Positions 28,040 through 37,895 are shown, numbered from the stretch's first letter. The stretch: DNA of 64,000 nucleotides from Coprothermobacter platensis DSM 11748 (GCF_000378005.1 NZ_KB899040.1:189468-253467), one strand, 5' to 3'. Notes: generated from the sequence alone by a model not told the origin. A program made the numbers and translations.

Positions 28040-28664
28040 CCCGCTGGTTGTTCTTCCCCCCATATTATTGCTTGTATATTATCTGGGTATTGTGCTGTTT
28101 AACAGTGGTACATACAATAACCTATCGCGAAATGTGGTTCCCGTAAAGGAACGCCTCAGTGAGGTTTTTCCAAAACTTTTGCCTTGGGATTCTTTATTCC
28201 GTTTTAAAGTGAGACCAGACATCGTTTCACCTTATATGAACGTGGAAAATGATTTTGTCTATTTTCCAGAACGCATGCTCATGTACAACAATGCTTGGAA
28301 TTTAAGTCTTATCGCAAGGAGCATAGGTGAGGCGTTGCAGGTTCGCAGCAGCTTTTGGCGTATTTATTACCGGATTAGACCGGTGTTACGATGGATTTTC
28401 CTCGTGGGCCTATTTGGAGCACTTATTTTTGGCTCAACGCGTGGGGCTTATTTCTTTGCAGTTTTTGGCCTCATCTTAGATTACGTTAGCTACAACCTTT
28501 CTACTGATGCTTTGAATAGAGCGCGTCTTGTACTGGTAAAATATTCACCAGAGGTGGCGGATGAGGTAAAACTGTTACCACCAAACTTTGTGTTCGAAGC
28601 GTTAGGGGAGCCTTACCGCGTGCTGAGATATATCGTTTTTCATTTGAGATGGAGGAATTTGTAG
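28029..28664 (+). CDS. Hypothetical membrane protein
   Basis: 211 aa with TTG/GTG start overlapping the fmt stop. N-terminal TM helix and a second TM pair LRWIFLVGLFGALIFG...AYFFAVFGLIL. No recognised family. Confidence 0.4.
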   Translation: MVINPLVVLPPILLLVYYLGIVLFNSGTYNNLSRNVVPVKERLSEVFPKLLPWDSLFRFKVRPDIVSPYMNVENDFVYFPERMLMYNNAWNLSLIARSIGEALQVRSSFWRIYYRIRPVLRWIFLVGLFGALIFGSTRGAYFFAVFGLILDYVSYNLSTDALNRARLVLVKYSPEVADEVKLLPPNFVFEALGEPYRVLRYIVFHLRWRNL

Positions 28665-28668
28665 ATTT

Positions 28669-29292
28669 ATGATAGTAATTTATTTTTTATTATTAGTGTT
28701 TTTTCTATCATTTGTAGGATTCTTAATACTTCCCATTGGCTTTCTCGGTTTAGCTTTGACATCGCTTGTGGATGCTCCTATGCAACTTTACTATATGATT
28801 GCTCATCCTGAAGTAAGAAAAAACCATGCCTTAGAACATGCAACCATACATGTGCTGGAACAAGAGTTGCCTGTTAAACTATCGGGTATTAGTTACCCTA
28901 ATGGATTCCTCGTTCAAGGTATAGGAGATCCATTCATCGTAGCTCAAGCTGCAGAAGTTGCTAAGCAAAGGCTTTTAAATGGAGAGCATAACTTGGCTGT
29001 ACACCCACGCTGTGGTACAACATCTGTGGTTACCTCTTTAGTATTTGCCATATTGTTTATTGTTTTTTCAATTATTTTCGGTTTGTTTTCATGGATCAAT
29101 TTAATTCTCTCGTTAATCTTAGCGAGTCTCCTTGGATCCGTCTTAAGCCCTATCGTGCAAAAGTACATTACTACTGATTGGCACGTGCAAGACATTGAAC
29201 TACTGCAAGCAGAACCTATTATAAGAGGGTGGTCTTCTCAGGGAGTATTTGTGCACACCAAAAGGAGTGACGTAAAATGGTCCATAAGTTAA
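28669..29292 (+). CDS. Hypothetical membrane protein with HxxEH and HPRCG motifs
   Basis: 207 aa. N-terminal TM helix, HALEHATIH (an inverted-zincin-like HxxEH), AVHPRCGTT, then two more TM helices. Confidence 0.45.
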   Translation: MIVIYFLLLVFFLSFVGFLILPIGFLGLALTSLVDAPMQLYYMIAHPEVRKNHALEHATIHVLEQELPVKLSGISYPNGFLVQGIGDPFIVAQAAEVAKQRLLNGEHNLAVHPRCGTTSVVTSLVFAILFIVFSIIFGLFSWINLILSLILASLLGSVLSPIVQKYITTDWHVQDIELLQAEPIIRGWSSQGVFVHTKRSDVKWSIS

Positions 29293-29945
29293 CAGCAATT
29301 ATATGCTTACTGTGTTTATTGATGGTTGTCCCCACATGGGCTGACAATGTCCAACGAGTACCGTCTGTGACAGGCTTAACGGTTAACCAAGCACTTGAGG
29401 AAATTGCTAAAGAAAAATATGCCGCTTCTGTGGAATATGAATATGCCACCGTTGCTCCGGGGGTTGTTATTGCTCAGACGCCTGATGGTGGTATATTGGC
29501 ACCTTCTGGGCAAGAAGTCCGGCTCATTGTTTCAAAGGGGCTTAAATTGGTAGAATTGCCTAATTTGATAGGTTTATCTGGCGCAGATGCTATCGATAAG
29601 GTAAAGAGCTTGGGTCTTCGCATCGGTTCTATAACAGAGGTGCAAACAGGGGACCGGTTTGTTGTCAAAGACCAGGACCCTGCCGAAGGTTCTTTGACTG
29701 TAGAAGGAGATGTGGTCAACCTAACGGTGGGCATACCAAAACTGGTTCGTGTTCCAGCGCTTATCGGCCTGACATTAGAAAATGCACAAAACGCCATAAC
29801 TTCAGCAGGACTGAAGGTGGGACAGATTACTCGAACCGCGACGTCTAATACTCAGGTTGAAATCGTGAAAGCGCAATCGCCACGGAGTGGTGTTTTTCGT
29901 TATGAGGGCACTGTTATTAATATAGAGGTGTGGTCGCCTAAATGA
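29277..29945 (+). CDS. Secreted protein with three PASTA domains and no kinase or transpeptidase domain
   Basis: Signal peptide followed by three repeats of about 65 aa (GLTVNQALEEI..., LIGLSGADAIDKVKSLGLRIGSITEV..., LIGLTLENAQNAITSAGLKVGQITRT...) that match the PASTA fold pattern. Confidence 0.75.
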   Translation: MVHKLTAIICLLCLLMVVPTWADNVQRVPSVTGLTVNQALEEIAKEKYAASVEYEYATVAPGVVIAQTPDGGILAPSGQEVRLIVSKGLKLVELPNLIGLSGADAIDKVKSLGLRIGSITEVQTGDRFVVKDQDPAEGSLTVEGDVVNLTVGIPKLVRVPALIGLTLENAQNAITSAGLKVGQITRTATSNTQVEIVKAQSPRSGVFRYEGTVINIEVWSPK

Positions 29946-30808
29946 TGGCTTTCTTTTTGGGCCGCGTACTTCGTAGGGAGCGCTATAACGTACTCCTTTC
30001 TTACGAAGGGAATACCTATACGGGGCTCGTAAAAAGAAAGGTCCTCAACGATGGTGGTATTTTTGTCAATGACCGTGTATGGTTTTTACCTGCCGATGGT
30101 AATACTGCTTCGGTTGAGCGTGTAGCTGGCAGGAAAAATGTTTTTTTGCGTCCTCCTGTGGCTAATATTGATTTGCTATTGTATGTTCATTCTTTCATCA
30201 GCCCAGCATGCGATATCAAGTATCTTGATCTTACTTTAGGTCTGGCGCGACAGAATAATGTGGATGCTGTTGTTTTATTTCATAAATCTGATCTTTACGC
30301 TGATGGTTTCCTGGAACCTTGGGAGCATTTATATCAACGTTTAGGCTATCGTGTTCTATCTACTTCAATCTATAAGGATCTATCGGAGTTAAAACGCATG
30401 ATCCAAGGGAAAACAGTTCTTTTCACCGGGCAATCTGGAGTTGGCAAAAGTAGTTTAGTAAAGGCTCTTTGGGGTTACGAAAAGGCACGTGTTGCTGATG
30501 TGTCGCATGCTGGAAGGGGTAAACATACCACTACGTGGGTGGAACTTATGCACATGGATAATACGTGGTTTGTGGATGCTCCGGGTTTTGCTCTATTGGA
30601 GATGCCTGCCATGAGACCAAGGGATGTTCAACAGTTGTTCCCTGAAATAGAAGAAGCGTCTGCTGATTGCTATTATTCTGATTGCCTTCACCTTCATGAG
30701 CCACAATGTGCTGTAAAAAAGGCTGTGTCTTTAGGTCAAATATCACAATCTCGGTATGATTCGTATTGCTATTTTCTTACAAAACAGCAAGAGGAGGCAA
30801 AAAAATGA
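29942..30808 (+). CDS. rsgA: Ribosome small-subunit-dependent GTPase A (RsgA/YjeQ)
   Basis: Circularly permuted GTPase with VLFTGQSGVGKSSLV and a C-terminal zinc finger CYYSDCLHLHEPQC. Confidence 0.9.
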   Translation: MMAFFLGRVLRRERYNVLLSYEGNTYTGLVKRKVLNDGGIFVNDRVWFLPADGNTASVERVAGRKNVFLRPPVANIDLLLYVHSFISPACDIKYLDLTLGLARQNNVDAVVLFHKSDLYADGFLEPWEHLYQRLGYRVLSTSIYKDLSELKRMIQGKTVLFTGQSGVGKSSLVKALWGYEKARVADVSHAGRGKHTTTWVELMHMDNTWFVDAPGFALLEMPAMRPRDVQQLFPEIEEASADCYYSDCLHLHEPQCAVKKAVSLGQISQSRYDSYCYFLTKQQEEAKK

Positions 30809-31458
30809 AAAAAATTATTCCGTCGCTTTTATCTGCGGATTTTTGGTGTCTCAAAGATCAGCTCTTGGAACTTAGGCAATTAGGGGTTGATACCTTACAT
30901 GTGGATGTCATGGATGGGAATTTTGTTCCTAATATTTCTTTAGGTGTGCCGATAGTAGAAAGTTTAAGTAAGCATAGTGATTTTATACTCGATGTTCATT
31001 TAATGATTGCTAACCCTGAACAATATGTAATGGCCTTTAAAAAGGCGGGGGCCGACATTCTCACTGTTCATATAGAAGCTACCAACCACATTCACAGGTT
31101 AATGCAGCAAATAAGGGAAACCGGGTGCAAAGCTGGTGTAAGTTTGAATCCTGGAACGCCAGTGGAGTTTATAAAGCCTATTTTGCATTTGGCGGATGTG
31201 GTGTTGGTTATGAGTGTTAATCCTGGCTTCGGTGGCCAACAATTCTTGTCAGAAACGCTTGAAAAAATTGCTACGTTGCAAAACTGGAAACAAGCTTTTA
31301 ATTATAACTATGTAGTGGAAGTAGATGGCGGAATTAACGTGGAAACAGCGAAAAGCGTTTTGGATGCGGGAGCCGAGTGGCTCGTTAGCGGAAGTGGCGT
31401 TTTTAAAGGTGATATCAGTCACAACATAGCTCAACTTAATGGAATTTTGCTAAAATAA
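30805..31458 (+). CDS. rpe: Ribulose-phosphate 3-epimerase
   Basis: IIPSLLSADFWCLKDQL...LHVDVMDGNFVPNISLG and the rest of the TIM-barrel. ATG at 30805 follows GAGGAGG. Confidence 0.9.
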   Translation: MKKIIPSLLSADFWCLKDQLLELRQLGVDTLHVDVMDGNFVPNISLGVPIVESLSKHSDFILDVHLMIANPEQYVMAFKKAGADILTVHIEATNHIHRLMQQIRETGCKAGVSLNPGTPVEFIKPILHLADVVLVMSVNPGFGGQQFLSETLEKIATLQNWKQAFNYNYVVEVDGGINVETAKSVLDAGAEWLVSGSGVFKGDISHNIAQLNGILLK

Positions 31459-31526
31459 CATTAAGGAAGCCTCTGTTTTTAAAAGAGAGGGCCTTCTGGC
31501 TATAGAGCCAGGAAGGAGGCAACAGT

Positions 31527-32474
31527 ATGCCAGAGGTGTTGATGGCGGGAACGATTAGTATATTTATATTGGTAATCGGTTTAATCTGGCTTCTTGTTTG
31601 GCTATTGCTTGCTTATATTTCCAAACAAAAGAGCACGCTTGGTGTTCTTGCTGCTTTTAGTGTAGTTTGGGCGGCATTGGGTTTTTGGCGGGCATTGAGA
31701 TCAGACATGTTTAGTATGATCATCCTTTTTGTTGTACTCCTTATTACTTTGCCTTCTACGCTCAGAGTAGTTAACCAGTATCAGCGCGCAGTGTTGTTAC
31801 GATTTGGAAGGCTAGCTTCTGTGTTGGAACCGGGGTTAAACGTTATTCTTCCCTGGGGCATCGATAGAACCATTTTTGTGGATATGCGTACTACTACCAT
31901 TGATGTACCTAAACAAGACATAATAACGCGTGATAACGTTCCTGTATCCGTAGATGCGGTCGTCTATTTCAATGTTTTCGAGCCCAAGCTGGCTGTCTTG
32001 GAGGTTCAGGATTATCGTTCTGCCACAACGCTTTTAGCTCAAACCATGTTGAGGTCTGTACTTGGCTCTCATGAACTTGATGACATGCTTAGTCAACGCG
32101 AAAAACTGAATGAAGTTTTACAGGTCGATTTGGATAAGGCTACAGACCCTTGGGGGGTTCGTGTTACAGGAGTGGAGATTAAAGCTGTTGATTTGCCAGA
32201 GGATATGAAGCGTGCCATGGCAAAACAAGCAGAAGCGGAGCGTGAAAGACGAGCAAAGGTTATCGCTGCGGAAGGTGAGTATCAAGCATCTGAAAAACTC
32301 GCGCAAGCAGCAGAAGTCATCGGAGGTACCAGAGTCGGTGTTTTATTGAGAATGCTACAGACACTTTCCGAAATAGCGGTGGAAAAGAATAGTACGATCG
32401 TATTTCCTTTGCCCATGGAAATATTAAAATACTTCCAATCAAAAGGAGAGGAAGGCAATGAAACAAGTTCTTAA
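31527..32474 (+). CDS. SPFH/band-7 (stomatin-like) membrane protein
   Basis: N-terminal TM helices then the SPFH core VVNQYQRAVLLRFGRLASVLEPGLNVILPWGIDRTIFVDMRTTTIDVPKQDIITRDNVPVSVDAVVYFNV and a coiled-coil tail. Confidence 0.85.
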   Translation: MPEVLMAGTISIFILVIGLIWLLVWLLLAYISKQKSTLGVLAAFSVVWAALGFWRALRSDMFSMIILFVVLLITLPSTLRVVNQYQRAVLLRFGRLASVLEPGLNVILPWGIDRTIFVDMRTTTIDVPKQDIITRDNVPVSVDAVVYFNVFEPKLAVLEVQDYRSATTLLAQTMLRSVLGSHELDDMLSQREKLNEVLQVDLDKATDPWGVRVTGVEIKAVDLPEDMKRAMAKQAEAERERRAKVIAAEGEYQASEKLAQAAEVIGGTRVGVLLRMLQTLSEIAVEKNSTIVFPLPMEILKYFQSKGEEGNETSS

Positions 32475-32658
32475 GGGAGTAATCGTTATTGGGTTGGTAA
32501 TAGTCATTGTGTTCGGTGCCATTTATCTTATGGGCTACGGCAACAGTAGTGCAAATGTTACAACGCCGAGCCAGATGGATTGGGAACGCTATTTCCAGGA
32601 TATTATGAAGCAGGTTACAGGTCCTGGAAAAGCAACGCCATATAGATACGCGCAGTAA
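32458..32658 (+). CDS. Small single-TM protein downstream of the SPFH gene (short NfeD-like partner, tentative)
   Basis: 66 aa with a TM helix. GGAGAGGAAGG SD precedes the ATG, and the gene overlaps the SPFH gene end. Confidence 0.4.
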   Translation: MKQVLKGVIVIGLVIVIVFGAIYLMGYGNSSANVTTPSQMDWERYFQDIMKQVTGPGKATPYRYAQ

Positions 32659-32671
32659 GGAGGCAGCAAAA

Positions 32672-33853
32672 GTGGCAAGAGTGTATCTTGAACAAGTATG
32701 GAAGAAGTTTGGCAACGTAGAAGCTGTAAAAGATTTGACTTTAGAAGTGAACGACGGTGAATTTTTCGTATTACTTGGCCCCAGTGGATGTGGCAAAACA
32801 ACCACGTTGAGAATGATTGCTGGTCTTGAAGATGTTACTAAAGGTACCATATTCATTGGCGACCGTGTTGTAAATGACGTGCATCCTAAGGACAGAGATA
32901 TTGCCATGGTTTTCCAAAACTATGCCCTTTATCCACACATGTCTGTGTATGATAATATCAGCTTTGGGCTAAAACTACGTGGTTTGGCGAAGGATGATAT
33001 AAAAGCGCGTGTAGATGAAGTAGCAAGCTGGCTGGGTTTATCAGAACTATTAAATCGCAGACCTAGAGAATTATCTGGTGGCCAACGTCAGCGTGTTGCT
33101 TTAGCCCGTGCTCTGGTGCGACAGCCGAAAGTATTCCTTATGGATGAACCACTGTCTAATTTGGATGCAAAATTGCGAACTCAGGCACGTGGTGAACTTC
33201 TGCGTTTGCATAAAGACTTTCCTACGACAACAATCTATGTTACCCATGATCAAGTAGAAGCAATGACACTGGGTGATCGTGTTGCGGTTATGATGGATGG
33301 CTCTCTGCAGCAGGTCGACAATCCGCAAATGCTCTATCTATATCCTTCTAACCAATTTGTCGCTGGTTTTGTTGGTACACCTCCGATGAATTTTGTCGAG
33401 GTATCCATATTAAATGAGAACGGTCAGGTATATTTGCAGCATGGTACAGTAAAGCTACCTGTCACAAATGATATGGCTGTAATGTTAAAAGAGTATTCCA
33501 AGGATAAGGCCATGTTGGGTATAAGACCTCAGGATGTGCATTTAGCTGATGAAACACGCGATATCGAAAATAACGACTGGATTCTGCACTGCGAGAGTGA
33601 TGTGGCGGAGCGGTTGGGAACAGAAACGTATGTGCACTTTACTATTGACGATTTCGAACTTGTGGGAAGGGTTTCCGCTGTTAGAAGTGTAACTATGGGT
33701 GCGGCTTATGACGTTTATGTGGACCTATCGGGCGCTCACGTTTTTGACTCTCAAACGGGTGTCCGAGTGTGCAGCGGGACGTCTCCTGAGCGAATGGAAT
33801 CACGATTAGGCTTGAAAGATACAACGCATGTTCAAGATTCTTCAGCGAATTAA
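32672..33853 (+). CDS. Sugar ABC transporter ATP-binding protein, MalK/MsmX family (orphan ATPase with C-terminal TOBE domain)
   Basis: Walker A LLGPSGCGKTTTLRMIAG, signature LSGGQRQRVALARAL, FLMDEPLSNLDAKLR, and a C-terminal MalK-type regulatory domain. Confidence 0.9.
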   Translation: MARVYLEQVWKKFGNVEAVKDLTLEVNDGEFFVLLGPSGCGKTTTLRMIAGLEDVTKGTIFIGDRVVNDVHPKDRDIAMVFQNYALYPHMSVYDNISFGLKLRGLAKDDIKARVDEVASWLGLSELLNRRPRELSGGQRQRVALARALVRQPKVFLMDEPLSNLDAKLRTQARGELLRLHKDFPTTTIYVTHDQVEAMTLGDRVAVMMDGSLQQVDNPQMLYLYPSNQFVAGFVGTPPMNFVEVSILNENGQVYLQHGTVKLPVTNDMAVMLKEYSKDKAMLGIRPQDVHLADETRDIENNDWILHCESDVAERLGTETYVHFTIDDFELVGRVSAVRSVTMGAAYDVYVDLSGAHVFDSQTGVRVCSGTSPERMESRLGLKDTTHVQDSSAN

Positions 33854-33883
33854 GAGACAAGCATTGTTATAGTTGAGTTTGTC

Positions 33884-35260
33884 ATGGAAAAAGGCGATAA
33901 AAAAACAAAACGCGTAAAATCGGCGGATGAAAAGCCACTTATTTTGGTCGCTGATGATGAACCTTCCATAAGAGAGTTAGTTCAAACCGTCTTAGAGCAG
34001 CAATCGCTGCGTGTAGTAACGGCTGCCGATGGGGAAAAGGCTTTAAGTATCTTGAACAGTCAATCAGTGGATTGTGCTGTGATTGATTTACGTATGCCAA
34101 AAGTTGACGGTCTTGGTGTTCTGGAACAATTGGTTCTTAAGAATGTTCCAACCATTGTCATCACTGCCTACGGCACCTCGGATGTAACCATAGAAGCCAT
34201 GCGTAGAGGAGCCTATGATTTCATTACAAAGCCATTCGACATTGATGAATTGGCTGAAAAAGTAAAAAAGGCATTGGACTATTCACAAACCAGTGATGTA
34301 CTTCCCATAAAGGCTACAGGAGAACCCTCTTCACTTATGGTAGGCATGTCTGCAGCTATGCAGGAAGTTTACAAACTCATAGGCCGAGTAGCGCCCACAG
34401 ATGTTACCGTGCTCATTACGGGAGAGTCGGGAACTGGAAAAGAACTGGTAAGCAGAGCTATCCACTATAACTCCCCAAGGAATAAAGGACCATTTATTGT
34501 CGTTAATTGTGCTGCAATTCCTCAGGATTTGCTGGAAAGTGAGCTATTTGGTTATGAAAAAGGTGCTTTCACGGGAGCGGATGAAAGGAAAATTGGTAAA
34601 TTTGAACTGGCCAATCATGGAACCATTCTGCTCGATGAAATAGGTGATATGACACCTATGTTGCAAGCGAAAATCTTGCGTGTTCTACAGGAGCATGTCA
34701 TTGAACGGGTTGGAGGGACTAAGTCCATACCTGTTGACGTACGAGTACTCGCCGCTACGAACAAGGATTTATTAAGTATGGTAAAAACGGGCTTGTTCAG
34801 AGAAGATCTATACTTTAGACTTAACGTCGTGCAGATACAGCTTCCGCCTCTTCGAGAGCGTAAAGAGGATATCCCTTTGCTTGCTGACCATTTTATAAAG
34901 AAATATGCGGCCGAAACAGGAAAAGACGTTACTGGAGTAACGCCTGAAGTAATGGCAGCGCTTATGGCTTATGATTACCCCGGTAATGTAAGGGAATTAG
35001 AAAACGTTATTGCGCGCGCAGTCGCATTGTGTTCTGGTAAAGTGTTAACATCTGATTTACTTCCTTTGCATGTCCTGGAGCCTCAGCCAACGCTTCGCCC
35101 ACTTAAAAGCACACTTTTAGAAGCTGAACGCAGGGCATTTAGACAAGCTGTGAGTTTAGTTGGCTTAGATGCTAAAAAGGTTGCCGATCTTCTGCAAATA
35201 GACGAAGCGCATGCTCAACAGCGCCTTAAGGAGTGGTTTTCCAATGTGGGCCCCAATTGA
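33884..35260 (+). CDS. Sigma-54-dependent response regulator (NtrC/AtoC family)
   Basis: Receiver (ILVADDEPSIRE...DLRMPKVDG), AAA+ domain with GESGTGKELVSRAIH and the GAFTGA motif (ESELFGYEKGAFTGA), and a C-terminal HTH. Confidence 0.9.
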   Translation: MEKGDKKTKRVKSADEKPLILVADDEPSIRELVQTVLEQQSLRVVTAADGEKALSILNSQSVDCAVIDLRMPKVDGLGVLEQLVLKNVPTIVITAYGTSDVTIEAMRRGAYDFITKPFDIDELAEKVKKALDYSQTSDVLPIKATGEPSSLMVGMSAAMQEVYKLIGRVAPTDVTVLITGESGTGKELVSRAIHYNSPRNKGPFIVVNCAAIPQDLLESELFGYEKGAFTGADERKIGKFELANHGTILLDEIGDMTPMLQAKILRVLQEHVIERVGGTKSIPVDVRVLAATNKDLLSMVKTGLFREDLYFRLNVVQIQLPPLRERKEDIPLLADHFIKKYAAETGKDVTGVTPEVMAALMAYDYPGNVRELENVIARAVALCSGKVLTSDLLPLHVLEPQPTLRPLKSTLLEAERRAFRQAVSLVGLDAKKVADLLQIDEAHAQQRLKEWFSNVGPN

Positions 35261-36449
35261 TTTATTGGTATTTCTTGCTTCCTACGGGTTGGCGATTTTG
35301 ACAAAGTTTGGTTATCCCGTACCTCCTTCTAACTTGGAATCCATTGTCATCGTATTGCCATGGGCAGCGGTTATTTTCCTGTTTCTCATGTATTACTTAG
35401 ATGCTTATGCTACTTACACACGGTCTTTTGAAGATATAGCGTGGGCGACGGCCATATCCATCGCGGGGTCGAGTCTCGCAGCACTGGTGTTTTCTTTCTG
35501 GTTACGTGCCTTTGCTTTTCCGCGAAGCGTGGTGTTGTTTGCTCTTATCTATGAAACGATATTCTTTTTCCTTGTTACTTTTATAAAAGTCAGGCTCATA
35601 CCTGAAGAACCTTTCTCCAGTGTTTTTGTTGAGGGCGTTAGTGAAAACGTGGCTGCTCTTCTTTCTTCACGTAAAGCAGACAGCGTAAAGGAAGCACAGG
35701 CAGTAGCTGTTGGGGGAGAGCAGATTGTAGAAAAGCTGAAAGAGGCTATACGTTATGGAAAGCCTGTCATCGTTGACCCCACCATAGAGCAAATGGCTCT
35801 CCTGAACGGCCTAATGGTTTCTTTTGATGACCACCCCTTTGTTTTGGTTCATTCATGGGTGTATGACCGCGTGCAAGTGGTAATGAAACGTGTATTTGAC
35901 ATTATCCTTGGATTATTGGGGAGCATCATCGTTATTTTGCTTTTGCCCTTTATTGGTTTGGCTATCTACATCAACAGTCCCGGACCCATTTTTTTTACAC
36001 AAAAACGCCTTGGAAAAGGAGGCAAACCTTTTAGGGTAATAAAATTTCGTACAATGATTCCTGATGCCGAAAAATACACAGGGCCTGTTTTAGCAAGCGA
36101 AGATGACCCTCGTATCACCCGTGTGGGCAAGTTCTTGAGAAAAACGCGTTTAGACGAACTTCCACAGTTCTTTAACGTGATAATAGGCGATATGTCTATC
36201 GTGGGTCCTCGTCCCGAACGTCCTGAGTTTTATGAGAAAGCAGAAAATGAAATTGAGGATTTTCGTCTGCGGCTCATTGTAAAACCTGGTCTAACCGGCT
36301 ATGCGCAGGTTTATGCCAGTTACAGCGTAGACTTTAGAGATAAGTTTTTCTTTGACTTGTTCTATATAACGAGTCCTAACGTGATTTCTACTGATATAAA
36401 AGTTTTATTGCTTACAGTAAAATCCGTTTTAAAAAGGGAAGGGACATAA
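35244..36449 (+). CDS. Polyprenyl-phosphate sugar phosphotransferase (bacterial sugar transferase, WbaP/EpsL-like)
   Basis: About five N-terminal TM helices and the catalytic C-domain KRVFDIILGL...SPGPIFFTQKRLGKGGKPFRVIKFRTM...DELPQFFNVIIGDMSIVGPRPERPEF. Confidence 0.85.
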   Translation: MWAPIDLLVFLASYGLAILTKFGYPVPPSNLESIVIVLPWAAVIFLFLMYYLDAYATYTRSFEDIAWATAISIAGSSLAALVFSFWLRAFAFPRSVVLFALIYETIFFFLVTFIKVRLIPEEPFSSVFVEGVSENVAALLSSRKADSVKEAQAVAVGGEQIVEKLKEAIRYGKPVIVDPTIEQMALLNGLMVSFDDHPFVLVHSWVYDRVQVVMKRVFDIILGLLGSIIVILLLPFIGLAIYINSPGPIFFTQKRLGKGGKPFRVIKFRTMIPDAEKYTGPVLASEDDPRITRVGKFLRKTRLDELPQFFNVIIGDMSIVGPRPERPEFYEKAENEIEDFRLRLIVKPGLTGYAQVYASYSVDFRDKFFFDLFYITSPNVISTDIKVLLLTVKSVLKREGT

Positions 36450-36462
36450 ACATAAAAAAAAC

Positions 36463-36486
36463 AGGTGCCCTTTTTTGAGGGCACCT
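36463..36486. terminator. Bidirectional intrinsic terminator (sugar transferase on +, hup on -)
   Basis: AGGTGCCC / GGGCACCT 8-bp stem with loop TTTTTTGA. A8 run upstream on the plus strand, which is a U8 run downstream for the minus strand. Confidence 0.6.
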
Positions 36487-36510
36487 CTTAACATAAAATG
36501 TGTGATAAAA

Positions 36511-36774
36511 CTAAGCGTGAAGCTCTTTTCCTGGCCTGAAGACGACAGTTTTCTTTGCTGGAATGTCGATTGGTTGACGCGTTTTTGGATTAACGCCTTT
36601 TCGTGCTTTTCTCTCGCGAAGAACAAACTTACCGAAGCCTACCAATACTACGGGCTCGCCACTCTTCACTGTCTCTGTTACGACATCCATAAAACCATTC
36701 AAGAACATTTCAGCATCTTTCTTTTTCAAACCTGTCCTCTCAGCCAGGGCATCTACTAATTCTGGTTTCGTCAT
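36511..36774 (-). CDS. hup: Nucleoid-associated DNA-binding protein HU
   Basis: MTKPELVDALAERTGLKKKDAEMFLNGFMDVVTETVKSGEPVVLVGFGKF...RKGVNPKTRQPIDIPAKKTVVFRPGKEL. ATG at 36774 lies 8 nt after AGGAGGTG. Confidence 0.9.
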   Translation of the reverse strand: MTKPELVDALAERTGLKKKDAEMFLNGFMDVVTETVKSGEPVVLVGFGKFVLRERKARKGVNPKTRQPIDIPAKKTVVFRPGKELHA

Positions 36775-36925
36775 ATCATCCACCTCCTGATTTTTAGAGG
36801 GTTATGCACGACACCCTCTAAAGCTATTATATAACACTGTTTCCTGCATAGTCAATACATTTGGTAAATCCAACAGTATGAAATGGCAGTGGATAACTTA
36901 GTGAAACACAAGGTTCATCGCAAAA

Positions 36926-37894
36926 CTAATCCAAATCCTCGTCTAATACAAAGATAGAGACGTCTAATGGTTCACTGTAGCGAGACCACTTTAGCCCCTT
37001 CGCCTTTGTATCGCGGTATATTTCTTGGGCATGGTCTAAATATGCATCTGTTCTATCTGCCATGGATACCAGTAAGGCTTCCAGCGTTTTGGGCTTTACA
37101 GGAGAGCCCCATTCTTTCTCTCCGTGATGGCTGAGTACTATGTGGAGTAAAGCTTGTTTAAGACCTTCATCTATGCCCAGTTCATCAGCAAACTGTGATA
37201 GCATGAGCGTACCATGAACCACATGACCCAGTAGCTTGCCGTTGTCAGTGTAGTCGCCACCGGGTATGCTCATTTCTTCTACTTTGCCGATGTCATGAAG
37301 TAGAGCACCCGTTACGGCCAGATCGCGATTTACCTCTGGGTAAAAAGAAGACAACTTGTCTACGATTTGTGCTACATGAACAGAATGCTCCAGAAGTCCT
37401 CCCACACGAGCGTGGTGTATACTCTTTGCTGCCGGTTTCTTAATAAATTCTGTCCATATTTTTTCAAGAAGGACGTACTCCAGAAGAAGTTTCATTTCTG
37501 CACTTTGCACACTGTCCACTAAGCTTCTGAGTTCCTCTTTGAGTTCTTCAGGATTACTTACGCTTGGATATAGGAGAGCCATTGTGGATTCATCTATTTC
37601 CGATAAATCCACCTTTTCTATTCCAGATAAGTAAATGGTTACATCTGAGTTGAATTCACCTACATTGCCGCTGCAACATACTACTTGACCGTTTTCTACA
37701 CTGATCATCTGCCCGTCATTAAGTTCCATAAAACCCTTTACTGTTCCTTTCATGTCGGACAGTACTACGTTTACAAAATGAGAACCATCTTTCTTCTTGG
37801 AGCCATAACTCTTCTGTTGTAGTACAAATAAATCTCTTATGCTGGTCATTCCAGGTTGCAATTCCGTTGAGAAAATACGTTTCGTGTAATGCAT
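36926..37894 (-). CDS. OB-fold plus HD-domain phosphohydrolase, YhaM-like 3'-5' exoribonuclease family
   Basis: N-terminal OB fold (NVVLSDMKGTVKGFM...) and HD domain with LLHDIGKVEE and LHIVLSHHGEKEWGSPVKPKTLEALLVSMADRTDA. Confidence 0.65.
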   Translation of the reverse strand: MHYTKRIFSTELQPGMTSIRDLFVLQQKSYGSKKKDGSHFVNVVLSDMKGTVKGFMELNDGQMISVENGQVVCCSGNVGEFNSDVTIYLSGIEKVDLSEIDESTMALLYPSVSNPEELKEELRSLVDSVQSAEMKLLLEYVLLEKIWTEFIKKPAAKSIHHARVGGLLEHSVHVAQIVDKLSSFYPEVNRDLAVTGALLHDIGKVEEMSIPGGDYTDNGKLLGHVVHGTLMLSQFADELGIDEGLKQALLHIVLSHHGEKEWGSPVKPKTLEALLVSMADRTDAYLDHAQEIYRDTKAKGLKWSRYSEPLDVSIFVLDEDLD

Positions 37895-37895
37895 A

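Noticed and set aside
36795-36830. Hairpin AGAGGGT-N10-ACCCTCT between the yhaM-like gene and hup, which looks like a terminator
   Set aside because: On the transcribed (minus) strand it is followed by AAAAA rather than a U-run. It sits immediately 5' of the hup Shine-Dalgarno, so it is more likely a 5'-UTR stability element than a terminator. I found no evidence for anything more specific.
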